A stretch of DNA of 64,000 nt, taken from an uncultured Planctomycetaceae bacterium. Lineage in GTDB: Bacteria > Planctomycetota > Phycisphaerae > SM23-33. Location of the stretch: positions 25,046-89,045 of the forward strand of contig CAYNYF010000002.1 in the NCBI GenBank assembly GCA_964401385.1, written 5' to 3'. A model generated the notes under the pieces. The model made no database searches, had not been told where the DNA came from, and was given only the letters and a program-made list of their open reading frames with translations. This document shows, piece by piece, positions 26,549-35,684 of the stretch (its first letter is position 1; every line of letters begins with the position of its first letter). A program made the translations under genes and the position numbers.

Positions 26549-26577
26549 TTTGCGAAACCGACAAAAGCGGTTAGAAT
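26549..26577 (+). promoter_or_regulatory. Sigma-70-like promoter TTGCGA-N17-TAGAAT upstream of the dockerin-repeat protein gene
   Basis: ttgcga aaccgacaaaagcggt tagaat, ~130 nt upstream of the ATG at 26708. Confidence 0.35.
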
Positions 26578-26707
26578 ACGGGCTGTGCAGTGCTCGTCGA
26601 CGGGACGATCACAACCCCAGCGGGAAACGAGGAGGAACAGGTCCGTCGGGCCTGCAACCAAGCCGCGGCAGCAGCGCCAAGAGGACCCGTTCTCAAAGGA
26701 CCGCGCC

Positions 26708-29305
26708 ATGAAAAACAACCGAACGGACAGGATCCGATGTTTGGCCGGGGTAATCCTTCTGGCGGTGGGGGCCTTCTGCTGGGCCGACGAGCCCCCGCTG
26801 CCGGGCGACGCCAACAACGACGGCGCCGTAGATGGCGCCGACTACACCATCTGGGCCGACAACTACGAGCCCGGGGTGGCGGGCAAGACCTGGGAGCAGG
26901 GCGACTTCAACGGCGACGGCATCGTCGACGGCGGCGACTACACCATCTGGTCCGACAACTACAACGCCGTCCCATTCCGCGCCGATATCCAGATCTACAA
27001 TAACACCGGCTCCGCCAAGACGAATTGGCCGGTCCTGCTGACCGTCTGGAAGGTCTTCGGGGCGAACCTGGACCTGGACAAGCTCAATTCGGCCGGCTTT
27101 CACGTCTACGACCAGACGGGCGCGGAAGTCCCGCACATGATCCGGCCGATCCCGCCGGATTTCAGCCTGGGCAACGACGAGATCGTGTTCATCATCCCCC
27201 AGATGGCCGCCGGCCAGACGCTGAACTATCGCGTCACCAACACCTCCCTGCCGGGCATGACCCAGCAGATTAACCTGATCGACAACCCCAACAACATGCT
27301 GCCCAACGGCGGCTTCGAGACCGATACCGGCGGGGTGCCGACGGGCTACTACGTGGCCTCGGGCAGCGCGTCGACGATTTCGTACGACACCGCCACCAAG
27401 CACTCGGGAATGCGCTCGATGAAGCTGACCCTGCCGGTCGGCATGGCCGTCACGCTGAAGACTAGCGCCACCGTGCCCATCGGCCAGGGGCTGCATTACC
27501 ACTTCAGCATCTGGGGCAAGACCGACAACCTCGCCTACACCGGCTACGGCTTCACGGGCGGCGGCAGGATCCGGTTTGAATCGACGGCCTTCACCGGGCG
27601 GAGCGAGCTGACCCTTCGCGACTACCGCCCGTGGTTCTGTTACCGCTTCGATTCAGACGACCCCGACGCCTGGGGCGTTCCCTGCAACGGCTCCAAGGGC
27701 GTCGCCAGTCGCCAGGTCCGGCTGTCGCTGTCCGCCTACCAGGAGAACAAGCCCTTCCTGACCGGCACCCGGACCGGCAGGATCTGGCTCGACGAGGCGC
27801 TGCTGCTGGTCCAGCCGAAGATCACCGTGGACCGGCAGACGCCGCTGGCGAACGTGGCCAAGAAGGGGGCGGTGATCGTCGCCCGCCCGGTAAACATGCC
27901 GCGGTACAAGGCCTTCGCCCACGAGGCCGTCAGCAGCTTGAAGGCCTTCGCCATGCGCGGGCAGCGCCATCAGCTTCGCTTCGGCGTCCACGCCGTGCAG
28001 ACGCTTCAGAACGTTCAGGTCTACGTCATGCCCCTGAACGGGCCCGGCGGGCAACTGTCCGGCGGGAACCTGGATCTGGAGAGGCTGGGCAGCTTCGTCG
28101 AGGACTACGCAAGCCTGATCGAGCTGGCCGCCGGCAACACGGCCGAGTACCTGCTGGGCATCGACGTGCCGGCCGGCTTGCAGCCGGGGACGTACAAGGG
28201 CCTGGTCATCGTCACGGCCGGTACGCGGACGCTGGGCGTCCTGCCGTTGGAGATGGAGGTCCTGCCGATTGACGTACCGTCCATGGAGGGGACCTACGTG
28301 GGGGGCATCTACAACATCGGCTACCCACTGGATCGCGACGACCGATTCTACACCTGCTACGGCAAGGTGCGCTTCAACTTCCTGATGCTGTTCGATTACT
28401 TCTCGACGCACATGGGCGGAGATGAGATCGACCTGGCAGGCGCCCAGCAGCAGGTGGACAAGATGGCCACGCTGGCCCACGTCACCGGCGGCATCGGCTT
28501 GTACCGCGAGCCGAACATGAGCCGCGACCAGCCCCGGAAGTGGTACCAGATCGCCAGCAACACCGAGTTCGACCCGCTGGACCCCTACGGCAGCAGCACC
28601 ACCGACCCGCAGTACATGAGCGGCTACCAGGACCTGGCCGAGCAGCTTGAGACGTATGCAATCCAGCACAACTGGCCCGACATGATCTACATGGTCAGCG
28701 ACGAGCCGGACAGAGCGGCCGACGTCGACCCGTCCATGGGCTGGCTGAACGATCGCCTGCCCAATGCCATCACCAACTGCGACACCCAGTACCACGACAT
28801 GGTCAAGACCTGGAGTTGGTACAACATGCCGGTGCTGGACGATCCGGCCCACTGGACCGGTCCGCTGATGTACGACTACGTTCGGGCCAATTCAGGACGG
28901 TTCGGCATCTGCGGGACGGCCTTGGGCCTGTCGGCCGGGCGCTACCAGCCGGGGTTGATGATGGCGTCTTCCGGGGCGTGCTACTGGCACTGGTGGCACA
29001 CGCAAAGGGCCATCCAGGAGATCGGCGGGAAGGTGCTTCGGATGCACCACGTGGCGGCCATGGGCGCCGGCGCCAACGACCTGCGCTACTACCTGGTGCT
29101 GAAGGACAGGATCGCCAACTGCACCGACCCCGCCCTGGCAACCGCCGCCCAGGCCTGGCTGGACGACATCTTCTCCTTCTGCTCGGCCGATCACGACCGT
29201 CACCTGCTGCCTTACAACGGCGTGCCGGTCGACTGGGGCTACGACCGCTGGTATGACGACTGGCGCTCCGACATGAAGGACATCATCCTCACGCTGCCAC
29301 AGTAG
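26708..29305 (+). CDS. Large secreted protein with two N-terminal dockerin-like repeats and a CBM/jelly-roll-like region; function unknown (possibly carbohydrate-active)
   Basis: ATG at 26708 (the track ORF starts upstream at 26585). Signal peptide MKNNRTDRIRCLAGVILLAVGAFCWA; repeats DANNDGAVDGADYTIWADNY and GDFNGDGIVDGGDYTIWSDNY; ~865 aa total. Confidence 0.7.
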   Translation: MKNNRTDRIRCLAGVILLAVGAFCWADEPPLPGDANNDGAVDGADYTIWADNYEPGVAGKTWEQGDFNGDGIVDGGDYTIWSDNYNAVPFRADIQIYNNTGSAKTNWPVLLTVWKVFGANLDLDKLNSAGFHVYDQTGAEVPHMIRPIPPDFSLGNDEIVFIIPQMAAGQTLNYRVTNTSLPGMTQQINLIDNPNNMLPNGGFETDTGGVPTGYYVASGSASTISYDTATKHSGMRSMKLTLPVGMAVTLKTSATVPIGQGLHYHFSIWGKTDNLAYTGYGFTGGGRIRFESTAFTGRSELTLRDYRPWFCYRFDSDDPDAWGVPCNGSKGVASRQVRLSLSAYQENKPFLTGTRTGRIWLDEALLLVQPKITVDRQTPLANVAKKGAVIVARPVNMPRYKAFAHEAVSSLKAFAMRGQRHQLRFGVHAVQTLQNVQVYVMPLNGPGGQLSGGNLDLERLGSFVEDYASLIELAAGNTAEYLLGIDVPAGLQPGTYKGLVIVTAGTRTLGVLPLEMEVLPIDVPSMEGTYVGGIYNIGYPLDRDDRFYTCYGKVRFNFLMLFDYFSTHMGGDEIDLAGAQQQVDKMATLAHVTGGIGLYREPNMSRDQPRKWYQIASNTEFDPLDPYGSSTTDPQYMSGYQDLAEQLETYAIQHNWPDMIYMVSDEPDRAADVDPSMGWLNDRLPNAITNCDTQYHDMVKTWSWYNMPVLDDPAHWTGPLMYDYVRANSGRFGICGTALGLSAGRYQPGLMMASSGACYWHWWHTQRAIQEIGGKVLRMHHVAAMGAGANDLRYYLVLKDRIANCTDPALATAAQAWLDDIFSFCSADHDRHLLPYNGVPVDWGYDRWYDDWRSDMKDIILTLPQ

Positions 29306-29325
29306 CAGCACAGGGCCCAACCGCC

Positions 29326-29346
29326 ACGTCTGCTGTTCGCAGACGT
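29326..29346. terminator. 8-bp stem hairpin (ACGTCTGC-tgttc-GCAGACGT) between convergent genes; possible bidirectional terminator
   Basis: Inverted repeat in the 62-nt gap between the convergent stops at 29305 (+) and 29368 (-). No flanking T-run. Confidence 0.2.
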
Positions 29347-29367
29347 CTGCGCCCGGGCCGGAGCGGG

Positions 29368-30144
29368 CTAGGACGATTGATTTGTGCTGGCGGGTTGGCC
29401 GGTGGGGCGTTTTGGCTTGGTCACGCCGAACCAGTCCCACCAGGGCCTCTTGGGCTCCGGCGGCTTGGCGAAGGGATCAGCCTTGGCGGCGAGGACCCTC
29501 TGCCATTCGTCGGCCTCGGGGCCGGCGTCCTCGCCGGTCAGCTCCCGGAGGGCCTGACTCGCGCGAAAGCGGACGCCGTAGGCCGGGTCTTGCAAGCATA
29601 CAAGCAGCGTCGCCAGTACCTCGCGCCGCTGGTAGTGACGAAGCGCCCCCGCGGCGGCGGCGCGGACATCGACGGAGTCGTCGGTCGTGGCCGCTTCGGA
29701 GAGGATCTTGACGGGCAAGTCGGCTTCCTCCCTGGCGCCGGCGGCTAGGTCGACCATCCGATCCAGCGCCACGGCCGCATCCCACCGCACAACCGCGTCG
29801 GGGTCCTTCAGCGATGCCGCGACCACTTTGACGTACTTCACATTCCCCGACCGGCCGAGGGCCCGCAGGGCGGCGCTTCGGACGGTGGCGGCCGGGTCGC
29901 CCGTCATGGCCGCGTAGTAGGTCAGATACGGCTCCCGCCTGCCCCGGCCCTTGCCGGAAAGCTTTTCAACGGCCTGGCGGCGCAGGTCGGCGTCGCACGA
30001 CTTGAGCATCTGCTTGACCAATTGGTCGCGCGACGGCCCGAACAGCCTGGTCATCAGTCTGCCGCGGGCTTTCCCATCACCGGAGCCGCACCCGGCCGCC
30101 GCAACCGCCGTCGCAAGAACAAGCAAGCGCGGGAAATACTTCAT
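29368..30144 (-). CDS. HEAT-repeat lipoprotein (hypothetical)
   Basis: Only the C-terminal 258 aa of the 469-aa track ORF is credible. MKYFPRLLVLATAVAAAGCGSG is a lipobox-type signal, followed by HEAT/PBS-like repeats (...AVRWDAAVALDRM...VRAAAAGALRHY...VRFRASQALREL). The ATG overlaps the murI stop as ATGA. Confidence 0.6.
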   Translation of the reverse strand: MKYFPRLLVLATAVAAAGCGSGDGKARGRLMTRLFGPSRDQLVKQMLKSCDADLRRQAVEKLSGKGRGRREPYLTYYAAMTGDPAATVRSAALRALGRSGNVKYVKVVAASLKDPDAVVRWDAAVALDRMVDLAAGAREEADLPVKILSEAATTDDSVDVRAAAAGALRHYQRREVLATLLVCLQDPAYGVRFRASQALRELTGEDAGPEADEWQRVLAAKADPFAKPPEPKRPWWDWFGVTKPKRPTGQPASTNQSS

Positions 30145-31013
30145 ATCTCTTGTGCTCCGCGTCCGCCGACCATGGGCAGGCAGGCGGCCAGTTCGTCGGT
30201 GCCGACCCAGGCCACCTCGCCGACCTCCCGGCCGGCGAAGCGTCGGGCTACCCTGGCAAATCGCTCCGGGTTGTCGGTGGAAAAGCATCGCAGCGTGCCG
30301 CTGGAGCGGGCGCTGAGCAGCCCGCTGTCGCACAGATGCGCCTGGATGCGCTCGGCGGCGGCCTGCCCGGGGTCCAGCAGCAGGGCCTCCGGGCCCATCA
30401 ACTTGGCGATGGCGTCCGAAAGCAGCGGATAGTGCGTGCAGCCGAGAATGAGCACGGCCGGACGGGCACGCTGGAGGTCGTGCAGGTAGTCGCTCAGGAC
30501 GTGCAGCACGATGGGGTCGTCCTGCGACCGGCCCTCCTCGACGATCGGCACCAGCAGCGGGGCGGCGGCCGCCAGAACCCGGCAACTGCCGTCCAGCGCC
30601 CGAATCGCCCGCTGGTACGCCCCGGAGATGATGGTCGCCTCGGTGCCAATCACGCCGATGGTTCGCCCCTGGGCCAACTGGACGGCTCGCACCGCCGCCG
30701 GCTGGACGACCCCGATCACCGGCACGGGGCAAATCCGGCAGATCGCATCCAGTGCCACGGCCGAGGCCGTGTTGCACGCCACCACCAGCAGTTTCGGATC
30801 GAACCGCAGGAGAAAGGCCGCGTCCTGCAAGGCGAAGTCCCGAACGGTGCGGGCCGACTTGATGCCGTAGGGTACCCGGGCCGAATCGCCCAGATACACC
30901 ACGTCTTCGGTCGGCATTCGCTCCAGCAGTTGCCTGACGACCGTCAGCCCGCCCAGGCCGGAATCGAAGACGGCGATCGGCCGCTCCGCGCTCTTGCTGG
31001 CTCCCGCGTCCAT
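30141..31013 (-). CDS. murI: Glutamate racemase MurI
   Basis: IAVFDSGLGGLTVV...LVVACNTASA...LGCTHYPLL, canonical MurI motifs. Start trimmed to the ATG at 31011-31013. Confidence 0.85.
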   Translation of the reverse strand: MDAGASKSAERPIAVFDSGLGGLTVVRQLLERMPTEDVVYLGDSARVPYGIKSARTVRDFALQDAAFLLRFDPKLLVVACNTASAVALDAICRICPVPVIGVVQPAAVRAVQLAQGRTIGVIGTEATIISGAYQRAIRALDGSCRVLAAAAPLLVPIVEEGRSQDDPIVLHVLSDYLHDLQRARPAVLILGCTHYPLLSDAIAKLMGPEALLLDPGQAAAERIQAHLCDSGLLSARSSGTLRCFSTDNPERFARVARRFAGREVGEVAWVGTDELAACLPMVGGRGAQEI

Positions 31014-31033
31014 TCGAGCAACGAGAGTATCAG

Positions 31034-31888
31034 TCAAGGGGCAACTCTGGCAAGAAGTTGTTGCACGGCGGCCAGGGGGACCCTCGGCCGTCCAAGGCGG
31101 GCTTCCGGCTTGCCGGAGCCGTGGAAGTCCGAGCCGCCGGTCACCAGTAGGCTCAGGCGCCTGGCCAGACCCAGGTAGGCGCGGGTCTGGGCGGGGCTGT
31201 GGTCGGAGTGATAGACCTCGACGCCGTCCAGGCCGTAGCCGACCAGCCAGCGCACGGCCCGCTCGAGCTGGGCGAAGTTGGCGCATTGAAGCTGCAAGGG
31301 GTGGGCCAGGATAGCCAGCCCGCCGGCGGCGTGAATGGCCTCGACCGCCTGGGCCGGCGCGAGCCGCTCCTTGTCAACGAAGGCCGCCGCCCCGTAGCCC
31401 AGGTAACGCCGGAAGGCCTCCGTGACGGTGCGGGCGTAGCCCTTCTGGCAGATGAGCTTGGCCATGTGCAACCGGCCCAGAACGGCCGTGTCGGAATCGG
31501 CACCGCCGGCAACCTGCCGGAGTTGGTCCATCGTCACGTCCACGCCCAAGGCCTGCAACTTGGCGATCATCTTGGGGTTTCGCTGGTTGCGCTGCTCCAG
31601 GAGGTCCCTCAGGGTTTCGGTCAAGACCGCCGAGGCCGGATCGAGCCCCAACCCGAGGATGTGCAGCGTTCCGCCGGAGAACCGGGCGGATATCTCCACG
31701 CCCGGGATGAAGCGAACGGGCAACCCCGCGGCGGCGCGGGCGGCCTCGGCCAAGCCGGCCAGCGTGTCGTGGTCGGTCAGCGCGATGGCCGCGAGGCGCT
31801 TGGACTCAGCTTGTTGGACCACTTCCGCGGGGGTTAGGTCCCCGTCGGACGCAACGGAGTGGATGTGCAGGTCGACGAAATTTCGCAT
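31034..31888 (-). CDS. PHP-domain phosphoesterase (TrpH/YciV-like 3',5'-nucleoside bisphosphate phosphatase family)
   Basis: 284 aa. MRNFVDLHIHSVASDGDLTPAEVV...ALTDHDTLAG...LAHP, the PHP metal-binding His/Asp motifs. Confidence 0.8.
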   Translation of the reverse strand: MRNFVDLHIHSVASDGDLTPAEVVQQAESKRLAAIALTDHDTLAGLAEAARAAAGLPVRFIPGVEISARFSGGTLHILGLGLDPASAVLTETLRDLLEQRNQRNPKMIAKLQALGVDVTMDQLRQVAGGADSDTAVLGRLHMAKLICQKGYARTVTEAFRRYLGYGAAAFVDKERLAPAQAVEAIHAAGGLAILAHPLQLQCANFAQLERAVRWLVGYGLDGVEVYHSDHSPAQTRAYLGLARRLSLLVTGGSDFHGSGKPEARLGRPRVPLAAVQQLLARVAP

Positions 31889-31912
31889 GTCGCGTGTGCA
31901 GCGGACCGAAAC

Positions 31913-34273
31913 TCACTTTTCCCGACCAAAGGCTGCCGCCATCTCGCGAACGGCGGCGTCCGGGTCCTTCGCAAATACCTCCAGCAGCGTCTTGTAGCCC
32001 TTGGTCCGCTGGCCGGCCAACAGCTCGATCAGGCGCATCCGAACCAGGGGCGATGGATCCTCAACGTTCGGGCCCATCAGGGCGATGATCCTCCCGTCCA
32101 AGTCCACGTGCTGAAGGGCGGCAAGCATCTCGGCCCGGACCAGCGCCGAGGGCGCCTTGAGGAAAGCCCGCGTCATGCTCAGCAGGATGGGCTTCGTCAG
32201 CACCTTGGGGAAGGCCGCCTCGGCCTTTCCCTGCTCGACGCTTCGAACGTATCCCAAAAGCGAGGCGGTCAGCCGCGCCGCCCGGAGCTGGGCGGGCAGG
32301 TCGCCCTGTTGGAGGTCCCCCACGATGCAGGCCAGGGCGTACCTGACGGCGGTCTCGTCCGCCGACGCCTGGATGAATCCCGCCCGTTCGATCTCCACCG
32401 GTGGGATCTTCACGCCAGGCGCTGAAGACATCACCTTGTCGCCGCGCTGGAGCGGGTCGAGGACCGCACTGACGGTAAGTTTCAGGTCCGCGATCGGGTG
32501 CGCCATCAGGAATGTCTGGGCCGGGCCGACGTCCAAGCGAACTCTCTGGCGGACGCTTTGGCCCGGCGGAAGATACCTCGGTGCGGGCAGGTGCGCCGCC
32601 GTAAGGTTAGGCAGGGCGGTCTTGGCGGCGCCTTCGACGGTGAGGCTCAGAAACACCACCGGCGTAAACAGCCCGTCCGGGCCGAGGGTAAGGCGATGCT
32701 GCGAGACGTTCTTTAGCTCGAGTGTGACGGCAATGGGTTCGCCGGGCGCGACCCTGTTGGCCGCGGCGGCCAGCGTGATGCTGACGAGCCGTTCGGGGAA
32801 ACGGCCGATTTGAAAGACGTCCGCCGGCAGCTTCGCCTGAACGTCCCGGAGTTGCTTGGCGTGCGGCACCGGCGGCAGAGCTACCTTGTGCTTGCTGGCG
32901 ACAGCGGCCAGCTCGCGCCAGGCCGGGCCGGTGCGCGGGTTGCCTGCGGCCTCAAGCAGCACCGCTTGCGCCTTGGCCGGCGCGCCCGCCGCGAAGTAGT
33001 GCCGCGCGAGGATGGCCGCCGCGAAGGGGTCTTTGGCCGCCAGCGGGGTCAGGAGCTTCAGGCCCCCCTGGACTTGGCCCGCCTCCATTCTGGCGGCCCC
33101 GAGCACGCGCTGGATGAAGGGGTCGTCCCCGGCCGACATTTCCGCGGCCTTGGCCCATTCCAGAGCCACCTTGGGCTGGGCGCGGAAGTGAAGATCGAAC
33201 CATCCCAGCTCGGCCATTTGCGACCCGGTGCGCTTGACGGCGGGGGCGCTGAGCGGCTCGTACACCCTGGCCATGAAATCGACGTGTGCCTTCGCCTGGT
33301 CGTCTTGCCCCAACGAGCGGCAGGCCTCCACCATCAGCGCCCGCAGAGCCAGGCTGTGCCCGTGCTCCTTGGCGACGGACTGGAACAGCTCCAGGGCCTT
33401 GGCGGCCTGGCCGGAGTCGAGCATCGCGTTGGCATAGTCGATCAGGAACGTGTTCAGAACGTTCTGGGCCGGGGGCCTGTCCTTGGAAAGGGCGTAGCCG
33501 TGCTCGTAGAACTTCAGCGACTCCAGGTACAGCCCGGCCGACTGAAGCCTCTGGGCTAGCTCCCAGGCGGCGTCGAGGTCTCGGGGATTGGCCTGAAGGG
33601 ATTTCAGCGTCAACTGGAAGGCGTCGATCAGGCCGGTTTTCTTCTCCAACCGCGCCTGCTCCCGAAGCGCAGTCGGCTCGTCGGGATCGAGCTCCAGCGC
33701 CCGGCGGCAGGCCGCCTTCGACTTTGCGGTGTCTCCCTGGCGGAAGTAGACTTGACAAAGCTCGGCCTCGGCCGCGGCGCGGAACTCCGGCAGGAACCGT
33801 TCGCGGGCGACGATCTCCTCCAGCAGTGCCCGGCGCTGGTCGGCCCGGTTGAGCGTAGCCTGGCCCAGGTGCATCCAGCGGACGGCCATGGCGTAGTCAT
33901 TCGGGCGGGCCCGCAGGTAGCGGTCGGCCGCGGCGGTCGCTCGCTCCAGCTCGCCGGAGCCCTCGTACAGGTCAACCAACTGCCGGTTGGTCCGGACATG
34001 ATCGCCCCGGAGACGACTGGCGTATCCCAGCAGGGCGCGGATCCTGCCAAAGCGCGCGACGACGGACTCGTCCCGGAGGTGTCCGAGGCAGCGGGCGGCG
34101 TGATTGAGGCTGTCCACCGTCAGCGCTGCCTCGGGCGCCGGCGCGGTGCTCGGCGCCGTGGCCGTTCCGGCCGGGGCCGACTGAGCCCCGGCAACAACCC
34201 ACGTGGGAAAGATCCACAGCAGCGCCGCCGCCCCTGCCGCCCACAATGTTGAGCTGATCGCTCGTGTCTGCAT
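31913..34273 (-). CDS. Secreted TPR-repeat protein with a C-terminal HEAT-like region (hypothetical)
   Basis: 786 aa. N-terminal signal peptide, multiple TPR-like helical repeats, C-terminal HEAT-like repeats. Confidence 0.65.
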   Translation of the reverse strand: MQTRAISSTLWAAGAAALLWIFPTWVVAGAQSAPAGTATAPSTAPAPEAALTVDSLNHAARCLGHLRDESVVARFGRIRALLGYASRLRGDHVRTNRQLVDLYEGSGELERATAAADRYLRARPNDYAMAVRWMHLGQATLNRADQRRALLEEIVARERFLPEFRAAAEAELCQVYFRQGDTAKSKAACRRALELDPDEPTALREQARLEKKTGLIDAFQLTLKSLQANPRDLDAAWELAQRLQSAGLYLESLKFYEHGYALSKDRPPAQNVLNTFLIDYANAMLDSGQAAKALELFQSVAKEHGHSLALRALMVEACRSLGQDDQAKAHVDFMARVYEPLSAPAVKRTGSQMAELGWFDLHFRAQPKVALEWAKAAEMSAGDDPFIQRVLGAARMEAGQVQGGLKLLTPLAAKDPFAAAILARHYFAAGAPAKAQAVLLEAAGNPRTGPAWRELAAVASKHKVALPPVPHAKQLRDVQAKLPADVFQIGRFPERLVSITLAAAANRVAPGEPIAVTLELKNVSQHRLTLGPDGLFTPVVFLSLTVEGAAKTALPNLTAAHLPAPRYLPPGQSVRQRVRLDVGPAQTFLMAHPIADLKLTVSAVLDPLQRGDKVMSSAPGVKIPPVEIERAGFIQASADETAVRYALACIVGDLQQGDLPAQLRAARLTASLLGYVRSVEQGKAEAAFPKVLTKPILLSMTRAFLKAPSALVRAEMLAALQHVDLDGRIIALMGPNVEDPSPLVRMRLIELLAGQRTKGYKTLLEVFAKDPDAAVREMAAAFGREK

Positions 34274-34286
34274 CGTTTTACCGCCG

Positions 34287-35684
34287 CTACTGCGGAGGCA
34301 GCGTGATCATCAGCATCTGGCGGTCCTGTTCGCCGCGCTTGACCAGGAACTGCACCGGCTCTGTCGCGGCGGACAGTTCCTTGAGCACCTTGCCCAGCGT
34401 CTCCACGTCCGGAATCGGCTTGTCGCCGACGTGGGTGATGATGTCGCCGGGCTGCAACTTGCCCGTCGCCGCCGGCGAATTCGGCAGCACCAGCGTCGCC
34501 AGCACGCCCCGGGTGGTGAGCGCGCTCACCCGGCCGGGGTAGCGGTCGAAGTCCACCAGATTGCGGCAGGCGATGCCCAGCGCTTGGTTGTAGTAGCGGG
34601 GCGCCTCGTGCGGCTGGAGCGGCATCAGCTCCAGCGTCACCTGGGCCTCAAAGGTCGACCCTTCGCGGAAGAGGGTCAGCGAGATTCGATCCCCGGCCTT
34701 GAAGCGATACAGCAGCCGCCGGAAATTCGTGGCAATCAGTGCTGGCGTGGGCAGCTCCGGCAGCGGCTTGCCGTTCAGGCCGACGATGGCGTCGCCCTGC
34801 TTGACGTTGGCCTTATCGGCCGGCCCGCCCGATCGCAGTTGCTCGATCAGAACGGCCGGCTTGCCCGCCGGCAGCTTCTTGATCTCGGCCTCTTCGGCGG
34901 CAACGCGCTTGTATCTCCACACGCCCATCCACGCCAGCCTGCGCGACTCTCCCTTTTGGGGGATCCGGCCCAGGACATGGGCGAATTCCGCAACGGGGAG
35001 GAAGAATCTGGTGCTTTGCAGGCCCGCCAGACCGATCTCCGTCCATCGATTTCGCAGCAGCATTCGGAATTCCATCGGAATCTGCTGGGAGACGATGCCG
35101 ACCATCCGACCGTCCGAGGCGAACACCGGGCTGGAGGCATTGGTCAAATCCCCGCCGCTGACATAGATCACCTCGCCGGGCATGCGAAGCTTGGCCGCCA
35201 CCCGGGCGACGCCGACGTACGGCACGTTCCCCGTCTGCGGGCCGAGCAGCCCCACGCCGATCACCTGCTGACCCAGTTTCAAGTCCACGCGGACGAACTT
35301 CAGGTCCTTCCAAGGGTGCTTGCCCGTGACGCGAAGGAAGGTGAGGTTCTCTTCCGGATCGGTGCCCATCAGCTCGGCTTTGAACTTTTTCTCGGTCGAG
35401 CCGCTGGGAATCAGGAAGAAGTCTCTGAATTCATCAGCCGGCACGGCCCCGGAGACATCGCGCGTGAGGAAGACGCCGTTGGCCGCATCGATGCAGACGC
35501 ACTGCCCGATGCGCTTCTGCACGCCCACCATTTCGTTGTGGTAGACGTACTCCAGGCGTGCCAGGGCGCTGCTTGCCTTGGCCGCTATTTGCGCGATGGC
35601 ATCCTCCGACGCCCCTTGCCCGTACGACGCCGCCGTCAGAGAGCATATCAGGCCCAGCGCGAGCGGCACCTTGTTTCTATTCAT
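34287..35684 (-). CDS. HtrA/DegP-like periplasmic protein with two PDZ domains; catalytic triad apparently substituted
   Basis: 465 aa. Signal peptide, trypsin-fold region, then two PDZ-like segments (GDAIVGLNGKPL, GDIITHVGDKPI). The expected GNSGGP Ser motif reads TNASSPVF, and the His/Asp positions read TRDV and NLTFL. Confidence 0.7.
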   Translation of the reverse strand: MNRNKVPLALGLICSLTAASYGQGASEDAIAQIAAKASSALARLEYVYHNEMVGVQKRIGQCVCIDAANGVFLTRDVSGAVPADEFRDFFLIPSGSTEKKFKAELMGTDPEENLTFLRVTGKHPWKDLKFVRVDLKLGQQVIGVGLLGPQTGNVPYVGVARVAAKLRMPGEVIYVSGGDLTNASSPVFASDGRMVGIVSQQIPMEFRMLLRNRWTEIGLAGLQSTRFFLPVAEFAHVLGRIPQKGESRRLAWMGVWRYKRVAAEEAEIKKLPAGKPAVLIEQLRSGGPADKANVKQGDAIVGLNGKPLPELPTPALIATNFRRLLYRFKAGDRISLTLFREGSTFEAQVTLELMPLQPHEAPRYYNQALGIACRNLVDFDRYPGRVSALTTRGVLATLVLPNSPAATGKLQPGDIITHVGDKPIPDVETLGKVLKELSAATEPVQFLVKRGEQDRQMLMITLPPQ

